In this document: in pieces, positions 12,758 through 25,631 of the stretch
Layout: the number at the start of each line of letters is the position of its first letter
Numbering within the stretch: position 1 is the first letter of the stretch
NCBI GenBank assembly: GCA_035084275.1
Contig: CM068757.1
Span: 2,232,001-2,296,000 of the forward strand
Direction of reading: 5' to 3'
DNA: 64,000 nucleotides
Origin: Hydrolagus colliei
Taxonomy: Eukaryota
Translations under genes and position numbers: made by a program
Notes under the pieces: model-generated
Database searches by the model: none
The model's input: the letters and a program-made list of their open reading frames with translations, nothing else
What the model was told of the DNA's origin: nothing

Positions 12758-13696
12758 GTGTCTTATATATTCTAACATTGCAAAAAAAAGTTACGTTTTC
12801 TTCTCCACTCCTGAAAGTATGTTTTTTTTATACCCAGCAATTACCGTAAGATTCGAAGTGAAAAGCAATTGGCTGCAGCGGTCGCTAGGAGAGAGGGATT
12901 TTTAAAGTCGATCGTAAAGAAAAAAAATAGAATTGTACAGTATTACTGTGGATTTGCATTACATCAGCTGTCCAGTTTCTCGTACAGTATTTGTTTGATT
13001 TTGCTGTGGCCTATGGATCTGTAAGTGTGTGTGTGTATTCAACACATAAAGGCCATGCTGAATTTGTGGTATATGTAATTAACAACAGAAAGTGCATGGT
13101 ATCACATGTATTACATAATGACCCTCTTCCTTATGCCAGCTACAGATATTTGAACTGCTTGTGAGTAGTGTATATGCCATGCTCAGCGAGTATTGAACAC
13201 ATCACAAAATCCCCCGGGTGGCAGCCCACTTACTTTAATCCACTTTTGCAAATATAGTTTTCTCAAGCAATAAAGATAATGTGCTTGATTTTGAAGGAAA
13301 GCTCTGACATGTTCATACATCAAATCATTTCCTGATTTCTGAGCATTTGGGACCCCAGCAAACGGTTTGCCGTTCTCACGATGATTGTGGAGTAGAATAA
13401 CTCCAGTCTTTCTTTTTGGCAGTATCATAATACAATACCAGTGATACAAATATATAATTCATCAAAATATCCCATTACGTTAAATGAAACTAAGCACAAA
13501 ATAGTGAATATTCCCACGTGAATACGGCAGTGATTCAATTATTTTTTCCCCCCCTGAAACCTGGAAACCAAGAAACTCTAGAGAAGTGAATAGAAGCAGT
13601 GAGTAAAACCTATTCGTGGCTCTTCATTTCAAATGAGACCATGGAGAATAATAGCATTCCAGGCAAAGTGTGGTTTTGGAGTTTTAGATAAATAGG

Positions 13697-14437
13697 TGTC
13701 AAGATTAGCTCAGTTGGTCATTCCATCACCTTTGAGTTAGAAAGCTGTCTGCCTCAAGCTCCACGTCAGGACTTGGCATGTCTTGCTTGACACTTCAGTG
13801 CATCGCTGGTGGCACCCTGCATTGTAAGATAAAATTTCAAACTAAATTGCCGTCTGCCTGGTCAGGTGGACGTTAAATATCCCACCGTCGGGACGGTGCT
13901 ATTGTGGAGCTCCTATGGCTCAGTGGTTAGGCTGGGGAGACCTGTGTTCGAATCCAGGCAGGTCAGGGCGAAACCTGAAACCTTGGGCAGGTTTCCTTAC
14001 TCCACGCGCCTAATAATAATCCGTCCAAAAAAAACCACAATAATAAAATTGGTCATTTCAATCCATGACTGTTTGTGGGGGACGCTGCTGTGCGCAATTG
14101 GCTGCCGCGTTTCGCCCACAAATATATACAGCCAATTCACTTCACAGTACATTCTGCGAAGCGCTTTGGGACGTCGATAAGATGTGAAAAGCGCTATATC
14201 AAATGCAAGAATTATTATTATTATTATTATTCCATGGGAGTTTCTCTAGATGTCCTGACGAACAATCCCCTCAATAAAATTGGCAACCACTTGCGGGACA
14301 TCGCTGTGTACAAATTGACTGCCGCGTCCGCCTACAAAATAAATATACAGTTGCGGCACTTTAACAGTACTGTATATCCGTTGAAGTGCTTTGAGACATT
14401 GTCTTGACAGTGAAAGGCGCAATGTCAAAAGCAAGGA
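13697..14437 (+). mobile_element. Older SacSINE1/AmnSINE-like Deu-SINE interrupted by a young SINE
   Basis: tRNA-like head TAGCTCAGTTGG and body GTCTGCC..CAGGTGGACGTTAAATATCCCA. After the insert come GGGAGTTTCTC..TGTCCTG, the Deu core GCTGTGTACAAATTGACTGCCGCGT and an L2-like tail. Family name assigned from recalled consensus. Confidence 0.75.
13904..14230 (+). mobile_element. Young tRNA-derived Deu-SINE (SINE2-1_CM-like), near full length
   Basis: A box TGGCTCAGTGG, B box GTTCGAATCC, Deu core GCTGTGCGCAATTGGCTGCCGCGTTTC, L2-like 3' stem-loop and (ATT)n tail. Confidence 0.93.
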
Positions 14438-14664
14438 CTATAAAAGCAAGGACAGGAGCAACACAGTCAAACACTGCTGACAGTAAGGGTGCCAGATGAT
14501 ACTGTTTGTTTTCACCTCCAGCATCTCAAGCAGACAACCTGTTAGGAGGAGAAGTGCCAGACATGCTTTTAACTCTTCATCCCACACGTCTACAAATAAC
14601 ACTACATTTACAAAATTGCTTGTGTTTCTCAATAAACATTTTAACGGTCACAATGAGCTCTGGA

Positions 14665-14776
14665 TATTTCCTACTCTTACTTCCCTCCCCCCCCACCCCC
14701 ACCCCGAACTCAGCGCCTTGGGACGTCCTCCCAATGTGAAAAGCACTGTAGAAATGTAATTTTGTTGTTGTTGTTG
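14665..14776 (+). mobile_element. L2 3' end with (GTT)n tail
   Basis: C-rich tract followed by CAGCGCCTTGGGACGTCCTCCCAATGTGAAAAGCACTGTAGAAATGTAATTTT(GTT)n. Confidence 0.85.
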
Positions 14777-16827
14777 AGAGTGCTGATGTAGCTATAGCAA
14801 CCAACAGGACTGAATCGATGACAAGTTGTACAGGATCTATGCGCATGCATACTCCAGCCTGAAAAGGCCACTTAACAGTCAGGATACACAGAGAAGTGTA
14901 TAATTTAACATCCTTGTGGTCTTGTTACAGGATGTTACAAGCGCTCACACTTCAAAAATAGCTCAGTTTCAAGTCCTTGAACATGCTAACCTTACGACCT
15001 TGAAAGCTGTTCACACTTTATAAACCAATTATCCAATGAGGAAAGATCTGAAATCTCTGCGAACTCTTTCATATTCCGGATGGAAAGTGGCCCTACTCAA
15101 ATCTTGTTGATCACCATGACTGAAGATATGTTCTGTGATACTTCTCAAATCTAGTAATAAAGTGAGTGCATTTGAGGATCTGCAAACAAGCAGTTTTCTT
15201 GTTGCTTTCGATCCATTGGAAGACACACTGAACTCAGTTCCCATTTGCCTGTTCGTGTGGGCATTCAATGTCCTGCAGAAGTACACAATTTCTTTTTTAG
15301 CACAAAGTCCTTTTCATGTGGGAAGAATCCAGATGTTGCGATAAAACTGTGAGCATAAGACACAGATTGTATTGCAGACTACACCATTTATGGTGTTAAT
15401 TTGCACCTGTTGTGATCTGTTGCTTTTGAAAATGTGAAACTTGCTGATTACTGTGTGATAGTAACTGCTATGTCATTATCAGACTTTATTTCTTCAGAAA
15501 GTTCAAAGTGTTCTACGGAAATGCTGTGGGGACATATTGTGTCTAAAACCATAGAATAGATTGCATCTTAAAACAGCTATGGTGTAAACAAGATCTGAAG
15601 GGTGATCTGATGTGGTGAGTGTAGGTAAGTTCCTTGAAAAATGCTCTTTGAACTTCAAATTCCAGCAAAATGAGTCATTGCAAGGCTCTTTTTCGACTAA
15701 ATTGTGGTGAAAATGGAGCAGTTGCACGATTTTGGAAAATGAAGCATTCAGGATTTTTCTTCACAATTTTATCACCTTCTTTTCTCCTCTTGAAGGCATT
15801 GACTTGTGCTCGGGTATGGTTCACTGGTTGGCGGCAGTCTTCATTTTTGAGCAAAGACATTGTGAATCCAGACAGGTGTCTGAATAGCTGGAGAGGAAAG
15901 AAAAGATAATCTCAATTTTCATACACTAAGCTTTCCCCAGATATACTTTAAATTGATCCCGAAATAATGCTGTAATCACAATTGGGATAATTCACATATT
16001 ATGAGTGCAGACAGTATATTTACTCAAAAGGATTTGGCTTTTGTGAAAGATAAATATACATCATCTAAAATTCCAAACAAACACAAAGGGCAAAGGTGCT
16101 GGGCAGTTTTTACCATTAGACGAATTTCTGATGAATTGGGACAAGTAATTGGATATCTTCTTTCATCAAAAAGGACAGCAGCAGCTTAGGTACGAGACAT
16201 TGCCTTGTATGATTTTGTCTTGCAGTGTTTTTTTTGTTTGGGTCTATTTACAAATAATGTGGTTTATTGAATGATGGCTTAGGCACTCAATGAAATTCGG
16301 TTTCTATCCCGAGATTATACAATATTAATATTCTTGACTTAACAAAGAAGGATATTGATCTGATTTTAGAAAAAAAAAGTTGATCTACACAGACAAGTAA
16401 TAATTTGTATGTTACTGTGTGCAGAGTGGGAAGGATGCCTAATCCTTTTTAATAAAAGCTGAATTTGGCCAATAGAGCTTTGTTGCTATAGTTACAGGAT
16501 ATAGGAGTGTAGTCTGTAATGAATGAGTTGAATTTGAAGGCTTTTTTTCATGAAATGCGCAGAAGGCAATTGCAATATTTAATATACCGTTTCCAGATTC
16601 TAAGCAAACAGTCTGCCTTGCTTGGAGCAAAAAATAATTCTTTTTTCAAAGGGAAAAGGGAATTTATTCTTAAATGCTTTGTGCCTTCCAAAACTCTGCA
16701 TTGTAGTTTTGTATCTTATCGAAATATCTGACCAGGTTTAGACACCTCCCATAGAAAATATCTTCAGCCGTGTGTTGCAGATCTGGAGCCCTTCATGCTA
16801 ATTCAGCTTGTACAACTCTGTTATGTC

Positions 16828-16902
16828 AACACCTTGGAACGTCCTCCTGACGTGAAAGGCGCTATCTATAAAAGTGTAGTTTTGTTGTTTGTTGATGTTG
16901 TT
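16828..16902 (+). mobile_element. L2 3' terminal fragment
   Basis: ACACCTTGGAACGTCCTCCTGACGTGAAAGGCGCTAT..TTTGTTGTTTGTTG. Confidence 0.8.
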
Positions 16903-18089
16903 TAAATCCAAGCTCCAGATAATATCCAACGCAAAAACGTATTTGAGAATGTCATCACAGTTGGGGGAAGATACAGGAAAGGGTTGAGGTGATGACTTAC
17001 AATCCCCTTGCCTGCACAGGTTGATTGGATTATTAAAGAGGATTAACTGATAACAGAATTGGGAGCTTCGCATACTGTACTGACATTGAATGCAGTTAAT
17101 AGGGTCAGGCAAGGGTCATTTGTGCGGTCACCTAATCGGTCAGCTGTAAGATTTAACTTGAACTGTGTGCGGAATGCTGTTGACGTACATGTACCGTACA
17201 GAGTATATAACACCACACCACAGCTGGAGTGAAGGGTAGACATTTAATTAAATTGACATTGAATTCTTCAGAGAGCGGTGTACTTACCCGAAAAGCAGAC
17301 ATAATAAATATGTGCCCATGACTCTCTGTACAGTACCTTGCAACCATTTTGCACAATCCAAGACGCACCCTCCATCTTTCCTTTCAACCTAAAGCAAAGA
17401 CAACAGCAACACTTTGTCTCAGAGTGAGGAACATTCCTGATAACCTTAGGTCATCAGCTGGAACCCTGACCAATGCACTGAATTATTCATGAGCAAGTTC
17501 ATTTGGGTTTGAAGTTGATTATAGTGGGATGGATGTATTGTATTGATCTTTTGGTGAAATTGTTCCGCACTTTGGGGTGAGAATGATTGACAAACACAAC
17601 ATTTTGAAATCATTAGATTAGGGTTCTGTACAGTAAAAGGAAATCAGTGAGCTTGGACAATGGAATGTTGTACTTGAATCATATCTGTGTTTCCCCCCCA
17701 CCCTTTTAAGTGTTTTATAGTGAGAAAGGTAGTGGCAAAGGTAAGCAAGAATATTTAAAAAATGGCATCGTTTGTTGGTAAATACTCCGCGGGAACCTCT
17801 GAACCAAGTCTACTTTCCTCCAGTTTGGCTATGGGCCCTTCTATAAACTAAGTGGAATGTACGTAACTCCTCTCATAACAAACCTCAATAAAGTGATTAA
17901 GGAATGGAGGAGAAGGATCCTAAGGAATGAAAAATGAGAATTCAGTACATTAGGAAGACTCATTTCATAAATATGTCTTCAGGGAATCATTCCCAAACCT
18001 GGACTCTTTTTCCCTTTCATTTTATTACTTACCACCTCCATCTTTCTCAAGAGATTGCTTGCATACACTGCATTGGGATAGTTACCATT

Positions 18090-18410
18090 GTGGAGTCCTG
18101 TACCTCAGTGGTTGGAGCACTTGCCTTACACGCGTGAGACCTGTGTTCGAATCCAGGCAGGTCAGGGCGAAACCATGGGCAAATTTCCTTACTCCACACG
18201 CATAATAATAATCCCTCAAAAAAAAAACACAATAATAAAATCGATAATTTCATTCCACGACTGTTTGTGGGATACCGCTGTGCGCAATTGGCTGCCGCAT
18301 TTCGCCCACAAATATGCAGTCAATTCACTTTACGATATATTCTGTGAAGCGCTTTGAGACACCTAGAAGACGTGAAAAGCCGCTATATCAAATGCAAGGA
18401 TTATTATATT
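18090..18410 (+). mobile_element. Young tRNA-derived Deu-SINE, full length
   Basis: GTGGAGTCCTGTACCTCAGTGGTTGGAGCACTTGCCTTACACGCG head, B box GTTCGAATCC, A-run, Deu core and tail. Confidence 0.95.
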
Positions 18411-21400
18411 ACTTATATTATAATCTATTACTGGGATGATGTGTTCATTGGCAATGGGCTGGAGATGGAATTGCTGGGTCTGTCATTGCAGCAGGACCCA
18501 AGAGATTCAGGATGACAAAGTTTCCAGTCTTACCGACAGAAGGAAGCCTCTCTATGAGCAGGCTTTCTAAAAAAAAAATTCCATCCATCTTCCAAAACAT
18601 CTTTGCCTTCCGCTAAATATTATTCTTTCTCAGATTGTTTTTTTTTCCTTGAAAATAATTGGACATTTCATCCTCATGGCGGTGGTGTGATTGGGTTACA
18701 TTTTTCTTGCAAGGATAATGCCTTAATACAGCATTGTGTTTGCTTAAGTGAGACACACACAGGGGCAGTTTCTAAGAGATTGTACACATCTTATTTTTCC
18801 TACCGTACCCTTACCTGTAACAGCGCAGTTGTGTGTCAGGAACGGTGATCGATAGATTTGTGGTACTGTCGTCTTATTTTTGCTGCTGAAATATGAGAAC
18901 GTAGAAGATGGAAGGAGTAAAGGGCCACTCATTATTCCTGCTCCATTTGCAGGCCCTACAAAACCTATCTGATCGTAGAAAATGACAAAAAGAATGTTTC
19001 ATGCAACTACAACTGCACATGTTTGAATATTTCTGAACACACTGGGCAGCTGTACACTTTTGTGCATCTTTGGGAATGGAAAATAATTAAATTGGAGTCA
19101 TAGTTATAATACATTGACATGAAATTGCCTTTCTAATGCGAGACACAAATGCAAGACTTATCCTCCAGTGGTGTGAACTTCGACTCATTTCTATGTTTGT
19201 GCTGCAAAGGTAATTTCAGCAATTTCATGCATTGCAATGTGAGCTGTGTCTTCAAATATCATGAATGCAACATGTTGAGCAGTGTATTTGTTAGTACAGG
19301 ATCCAGTTTATTCTTGTATCTGGCTGTACTTGTAACTTCTAAGGGACTGGGTGTTTTGGGAAAGTAAGTTGTGGTGATCTGGTTATTTTTCCAGCAGTGA
19401 AGGATCATCTAGTCAACGCAAAGCCACTGGCATCAATGCAAAACGTCTCTCTGACTGAATGAAGAAAAGATGGACCGACAGCATCGAAAGAATGAGAATT
19501 TCAGTTGTCATGGGAATTGATAAGGGTGTCAAGCATGATGAAGGCAGGCACGTTCTCTGACAAAGCTTCATGGCAAGTACAGGGAAATACTGAACTGCGT
19601 GCTCTGGGGCTATCTGGTGCTTTACAAATGGATCTCACGTGAAAGCAGATAGAGGCTGCAATTACTGCATTGATTTGAAGTCTTTGGTCATTCACTATTT
19701 ATAGCAGGAAATTCATGCTCAGCTTGAGGGTAAAATGCATTTTGATTGAATTGTTTGGAGCTTTGCGTTTTACTAGCTGCAGTTCGAGCTATCCATTTAT
19801 TATTATTCCACATTTGCTTTCTGAAAATGATAATATGTATCTATCGTACAAAACTGCATTTCAGGTTAAAGGCCCACGATAGCTGTTACCCATTTAGACC
19901 TAATAGCAAAGTTTAATGCCTCACAGTTTTCTCTTACCAAAACCATCAGCGGTACAGTGGACAGCAATGTTTGAATGATCTATGCACATGGTACTTGCAG
20001 TCAGTGCCAATGCTCAAGTAGTTTCATCATCGTGGCAGATTTCTTTCAGACTACTGTTGTTTCATGCCTTGAGTCCAGCCTTGAATCCAGCTCGAAGTAT
20101 AGGACATCCATTAATTTGCCTCAACACTGTGAATATAAGGCAGAAACACCAGAATACATTTGAGTTGTCCCCAGGTTTACTTCTGTTTCTGTGAACAAAG
20201 GGGTAGAGGACACAGGATGAGTTGAAAAGAGTAAGTTTAGCACAGGCACTTGAAAGTATTTCTTTACATAGAAGGTGATCAACAGCTAGAACTTGCTGTG
20301 GGAAGCATGGCCGAGGGCAGGATGTTGGACTTGTGTGCAAGAAACGTCTTGATGCTCCAATGAGGATAGGGCAGGAATGTTATTTTGGAAGGTTAGCATC
20401 AAAAGGATGGAAGGGGCTTCTTCATTTGAACCTCTCTTGTGATCTAGTGATACAAGGTCTGACTTGCTGCGCCAGCATTGTTGAATTCTACTGTACGCTT
20501 CCTCATTCTGCCTTCCAGCACCTATTCCCAATCCATGCGCAGTGAATGCCAATTTAATCAAATAATAGTAACTGTAGCTCGATTCTTTCAATTGCTAATT
20601 TGTTTGACCTTTCAACAATATTTGAATAGCTTTTTCAAATTTATTATACATCGTTTCTGTGCAAATTCAAACTCCATTCACTATTTCAGGTGTTCAGTTA
20701 CAAGACCTTTAGGTATCTGCCCACCCCAAGTTGCAGCTGTTTCTCTAGCCGCAGACAGCCAGAGTAAATCAAAATGCTGAAACGGTGCCAAACGACATAT
20801 GCAGTGCAAATGTACACCCTAATGTCGCCTTGGTCATTTTGCTATTATTTACTCAGTTATCAAAACAGAACCATACTGTGTTTGTTGCACAAGGGTTTCA
20901 ATAAATCCTACTGTTTTGGGTGGCTTTTTCTTCAAAGCAAATAGAACATATAAAGTAGGAAGGACCGCCACTGATCCTTTACAATGTTTATATACGGTTC
21001 ACAAATTCAAGTGCCGTAATCACCAGAAATATTGTGAGTCTGTGTTTATGAAACTTCCTCTGTAGTCCACACACTGGAAAATGACATGCGTGAGTCTCGT
21101 TCCAGGTCACTGCTGAGCTGTAGTCAGTAGAATTGGCAGTAGAACTGCACAACCACGTTACAGGCATTTCATGACTGTATTTTTGTGATTGTACGCTTTG
21201 GAGGCCTGCAGTGAGTGATATGGAGTGTGTGACTAATGCATAATCAGAGGTGAGGATGTAATGGATGCTAAGGAGGGAGTTTACAAGCATGTAATTCGAT
21301 AGCTGGATTTAGGAGACATTGGAAAACTCTACTGGTTTGTGCAATCCGAGCATCCTCCCCAGCACCGATATTTCTCTCTCATTGTTGTGAGGGATGCACT

Positions 21401-21499
21401 GTATTCTGAAGCTATCCTGAGGTATTCTCTCTGTGAATTTTTTTTAATGGGCACAAATTTTATTTTCCACTTTTGGTGGTTGTTCTTCGGTCAACTTTC

Positions 21500-21590
21500 T
21501 CCCCCCTGCCCTTGGCTCGCCCCCGTTATTGTGAAGCTCTCTGAGACGCCGTCCGGCGTGGAGAGCGCTATATAAATCAATGTTGTTGCT
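21500..21590 (+). mobile_element. L2-type 3' end
   Basis: GTGAAGCTCTCTGAGACGCCGTCCGGCGTGGAGAGCGCTATATAAATCAATGTTGTTG. Confidence 0.7.
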
Positions 21591-21711
21591 CTCAAATTGT
21601 TTCCCCACTGTCCAAAACGCTTCTGAATATCTGCAGTGCAGTTGTTCTGGTCAAACAGCTTGATTCACACACGGGCAATGTAATTCTACCCTCCCCTCTA
21701 TCTTTCTCCTC

Positions 21712-21760
21712 CTTCACGTCGGGAAGACATCCCAAGGCGCGGGACCATGTAGCTGGGCAC
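21712..21760 (-). mobile_element. L2 3' stem-loop fragment
   Basis: TTCACGTCGGGAAGACATCCCAAGGCGC matches 615-641. Confidence 0.75.
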
Positions 21761-23109
21761 GATCTATACTTGGAGTTTTCCTGTTGCAGTTTGGAAGATT
21801 TAATTCGGCTAAAACCATCATCTCGTGGATACATATGTGAAACAAAGAGGTGGATATCTTATGGCACAGGGACCCGTTTCTGTTTGGCTTTACGTGAAAC
21901 ATGCTACAAATCAGTGTTCCGATCCCACTTGCATAATCTATCATTTTAAAAGCCTTCTGTTTTTTGTTTGTAAAGAGGGAGCTGCCCTAATTCTCTGTCG
22001 ATTTGTTTGTTAGTATTGTATTCAGGGAGAACACTCGGAAAGGATTGATTGATTGAGCAGCTATCTTGAAAAAAAATGTTCCCCTCTCCAGTTTTCAATT
22101 GTGGGGGAATTCATTTCGGGACAGCCGAAGCCGGCAGATGGTTGACTTCAGATAAATGAGGTTCACTTCAACCTTCTTTCAGACTGTGCTTGACATCGGA
22201 ACCGTACTCCAGACTTAAAAAATGAACAATGATTCAAAAACCAGGCTCAGAAGGTCTTGAAATAGGACTGCTGAGACCATGGCTCGACATCCGTTATGAG
22301 CTTATTTTGAGAGATTTCACTGCACAGACTTAAGTAATAAAATTGTTGAACTGCGCGGAAGGAATTGGTTTCAAATACCATCTGAACCTAATCTCAAGGT
22401 GCGGTGCAGACATGTCGGTACTCAAACAGCAGTAACGCTCTGTCGTGACATATAATATGGCAAATGTCAAAAGGAAAGACATGCCGGGTAGATTTATTGA
22501 TCTCTCGAGACTCATTTTCTCCAGTGGGCCGTTCTGTTTTTATCATTGGAAGCATATCGACTGTATTACACAAATCGTACAATGTACCTCGAAGAAAATT
22601 GACAAGTGTGTATATGTGTTTCATTTTTATAGCTGCCCTATCTGAACAAACTCTTTCCTGTTTGTTTCAGCCACTCCCCAATTTGAAGCTTTTGGCTTTT
22701 TTTTTATTTCTATTTTTTAAGGCGCGGTGTTCGAAATAAAACCTGTTTCCTCAACCGGCTTTAATTTTCATTCATTCCTTGCCCTCTCTTCCGAGCTTTG
22801 TTCTTCTCCTATCATCCGTCCTGGGACTCAGCATGTAAAATCCGCACTTAGACTCGTGGCAGGCAGTGCAGCGTTTGAGTTGCCTGCTCAGAGCTTGTGT
22901 AAGAGTGTCCTGGTGTGACACCATTTGTGTATTATTCTTTTCCTGCCTCTTTCTGATGGGACAAACATGCTGGTTAATGCAAACTGAAGTCCTAATTCCC
23001 TCTGCTTTCTGCTGACATTGCTGATTTATGGCTGAGTTGGAAAGAATTATTCTCAATGTGGGGAGTATAGATTAAATGCCGTGAACCCCACACTGCAACT
23101 GTGGAGAAT

Positions 23110-23147
23110 CTGTGTGTGTGTGTGCATGTGTGTGTGTGTATGTGTGC
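23110..23147. repeat. Imperfect (TG)n microsatellite
   Basis: TG run interrupted by CA/TA. Confidence 0.85.
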
Positions 23148-25631
23148 TTGTTGTGTTGCTTATGTACACCGTTTTTATGTATGATATTTGATCACTTTGT
23201 GTAAAGGAATAGATTGCTGAGCATTTCACTCAGACCCCTGTAGCCTCCACCCTGTCTGGTTCCTATTCAGTCACAGGCTGTAACACTTTTGTTGCGTGTC
23301 ATCAAGTGCAAATATTATACTGTATTTTTTTTAATAGAGAGATACAAACAAAGAAATTTATGTTGTTTTACTCGTGAATAACAGGGGAGGATAGATGGCT
23401 TTATTGCCGCAAGGAACCACCCACTATGGGAAATCCTTTATTCTTTCAGCCAAGAACTGAAGGATTTAGATTGGCTTTGGTTTGGACTCTGGTACTTCTG
23501 GCACTGAGTACATGTGTCGGAATGTGCAGCGCTGAGACTATTTATCACTCCCTTGGTCACTTGTTGAGGAGTTCCTTTACTCCAGTGTTTGAAGATGAAA
23601 CTGCCGTTGAGTATATATTCAGATTGAATCTTTGTGGAAGCTCTTAAAAACTGCACACTCATCCTTGTAACTGCCGAGAACTTGGCCCAAGCTTCAGAGA
23701 CGAAAAAAAAAGGAACTCAACATGTTTTGTTTGTGCAAGCGTTTGAGACATATGAAAGTCTCTGTAACACAATATCTGTTGTAGGGGTAAAGAAAACAAA
23801 ATAATTATTTGGTTAACTTGCGTTCCTCTTAAGAGACTTGTGATAGTGTCTCAATTTCCTCAATACAACTTCCTTATTGCTGTTTGTAGTGTTATTGAGT
23901 AGCTATGCAAACTCACTAGACTTTGGTATATTAACTTGTGTAATTCCCTGCGCTGGGTGGATTGTGCTCTGCAGTCTCAAAGCCTTCACTTGGGAGGGAG
24001 AGAATTAAGAAAACACTTTGAGGAAATGTCAATCAAAGAAACTGAAACCCGTTCTAAATGTTAACTCGAAAAACGCTAATTCCTCAGATACTGTTGCTAA
24101 ATCGTTCCTCAGGGTGTGTAGAAGTGGCTGTCAGCTTTCTAGGCATTGAAGGAGGGAAAGAGCTAATGTTATGTGTTGCTCATAACCTTTATGTGGTTGA
24201 ATTTTATGACACGTTTCAAGCTTGGTTTTAATTATAACTGTTTCAGCATTGATGGTGTCAGTGAGGGCTGGTGTTAAGAAAAGGGAGAAACTATGAGGAA
24301 TGGTTGTGCCAATGAGACTGAGATAGTAGCTCAGGTGAATGGGATAGATAGCAGCTAAGGTGAAAGGGAGAGAGAGGTGGAGAAAGATGTGACAACCACA
24401 GCTGGATAATGGAACATCCTTGAATGATTTAGCACTGATAGCGAGAGATGGTGCCATGACATGAATGCTTCTTTTTTAAAAAAAATAATATTATACAAAC
24501 GTTGGAATTTCTTTTTCTACTTTGAATATCCGAGTCCCAGAATAATTTTCTGAAATTGTAAAGGTTGGTACTCATTTGTGCCAACAGCAAGAGAGCAGCT
24601 CAGCCTTGGTGGCTGTGTGACAGGCTCAGGTACAGATATTATTTGTCAGTACAAAGTTGCACTGTCATTGACTTTTCTCGCACAGCCTCATTACCACAAA
24701 ACCAATTAAACTTAGCAACATGGTGCACAATTCCTGTGAATTGGAGGGGGAAAAAAAACGCTTTCGACTAAATTAATGTTTACTTCACATTTGCAATTAT
24801 AAGCCACAAAAACACAAAATTATTATGTACTTGGAAGTATTACCACAGAAATGCACTTCTCCTGTGTTGTGACCCGGTTCTCGAACTCCCAAGTATTTTG
24901 TTTGTCGTAACAAGTACGTGCGTTAGAGTGAGGACCTCGAGTGTAATGTGGGAATGTTGGAACGAAGGAATGATAGCCTATCCAAACAAGTAATGCTTTT
25001 AAAGTAATTCAATCATTATCGTGTACTTTGCAAACATACACAAAATGCAATTTTTCCCCCTAATTGATTCAACTTTATAGTCAAGGGACGTATCCATTCT
25101 GCTGCTGGGTAGCAAAGTAAACTGACCAGAAGCAAATGTCAAAGTATTTATCACAGTGTCAATGGGTCAAAAAGCTGAGTACCATTTATTAGGTGTTTAT
25201 GTCATTTGAAACTTGTGTAGGTCCATTTCATGCATTAACTGAAGACTTAGATTTAAGTGTCACCTGCATGCATACATGTGGAAATTTAATAAGAAAGAGA
25301 AATGATGATAATCAATGAAGGTGTTACTGTAGGACTTTCTGAGGTTCTGCAGAACAGGGGGTGTGGGCACTATTTATGTTGCCACTGTACTCACTGGAAT
25401 TAATGATGGCCCTGGGGATATTACAGATAATATGAGCATCTATTTCTTGTCACACCCTTGGACCCAGTCTTGGGGTAGTAATTGGCAGAGATTTGTTGGC
25501 CCACACCTGTCTCTTGATGCCTTTGAGGTAATAAGTTGAATGCTCCTGGGAAACAAGGCTGAAGCAAAACAAAGTTTACCCTCAATTTTTAATCATCAGC
25601 CTCATGGTTAAACCTTCACATTTGTTAAGAT

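Noticed and set aside
18090-18165. tRNA-Val(TAC) gene (also at 35808, 57309 and 58827)
   Set aside because: The acceptor and T stems are imperfect, and each copy continues into a SINE body and tail, so these are SINE heads.
24245-24460. Purine-rich block as an ancient LINE fragment
   Set aside because: No diagnostic peptide motif could be read with confidence.
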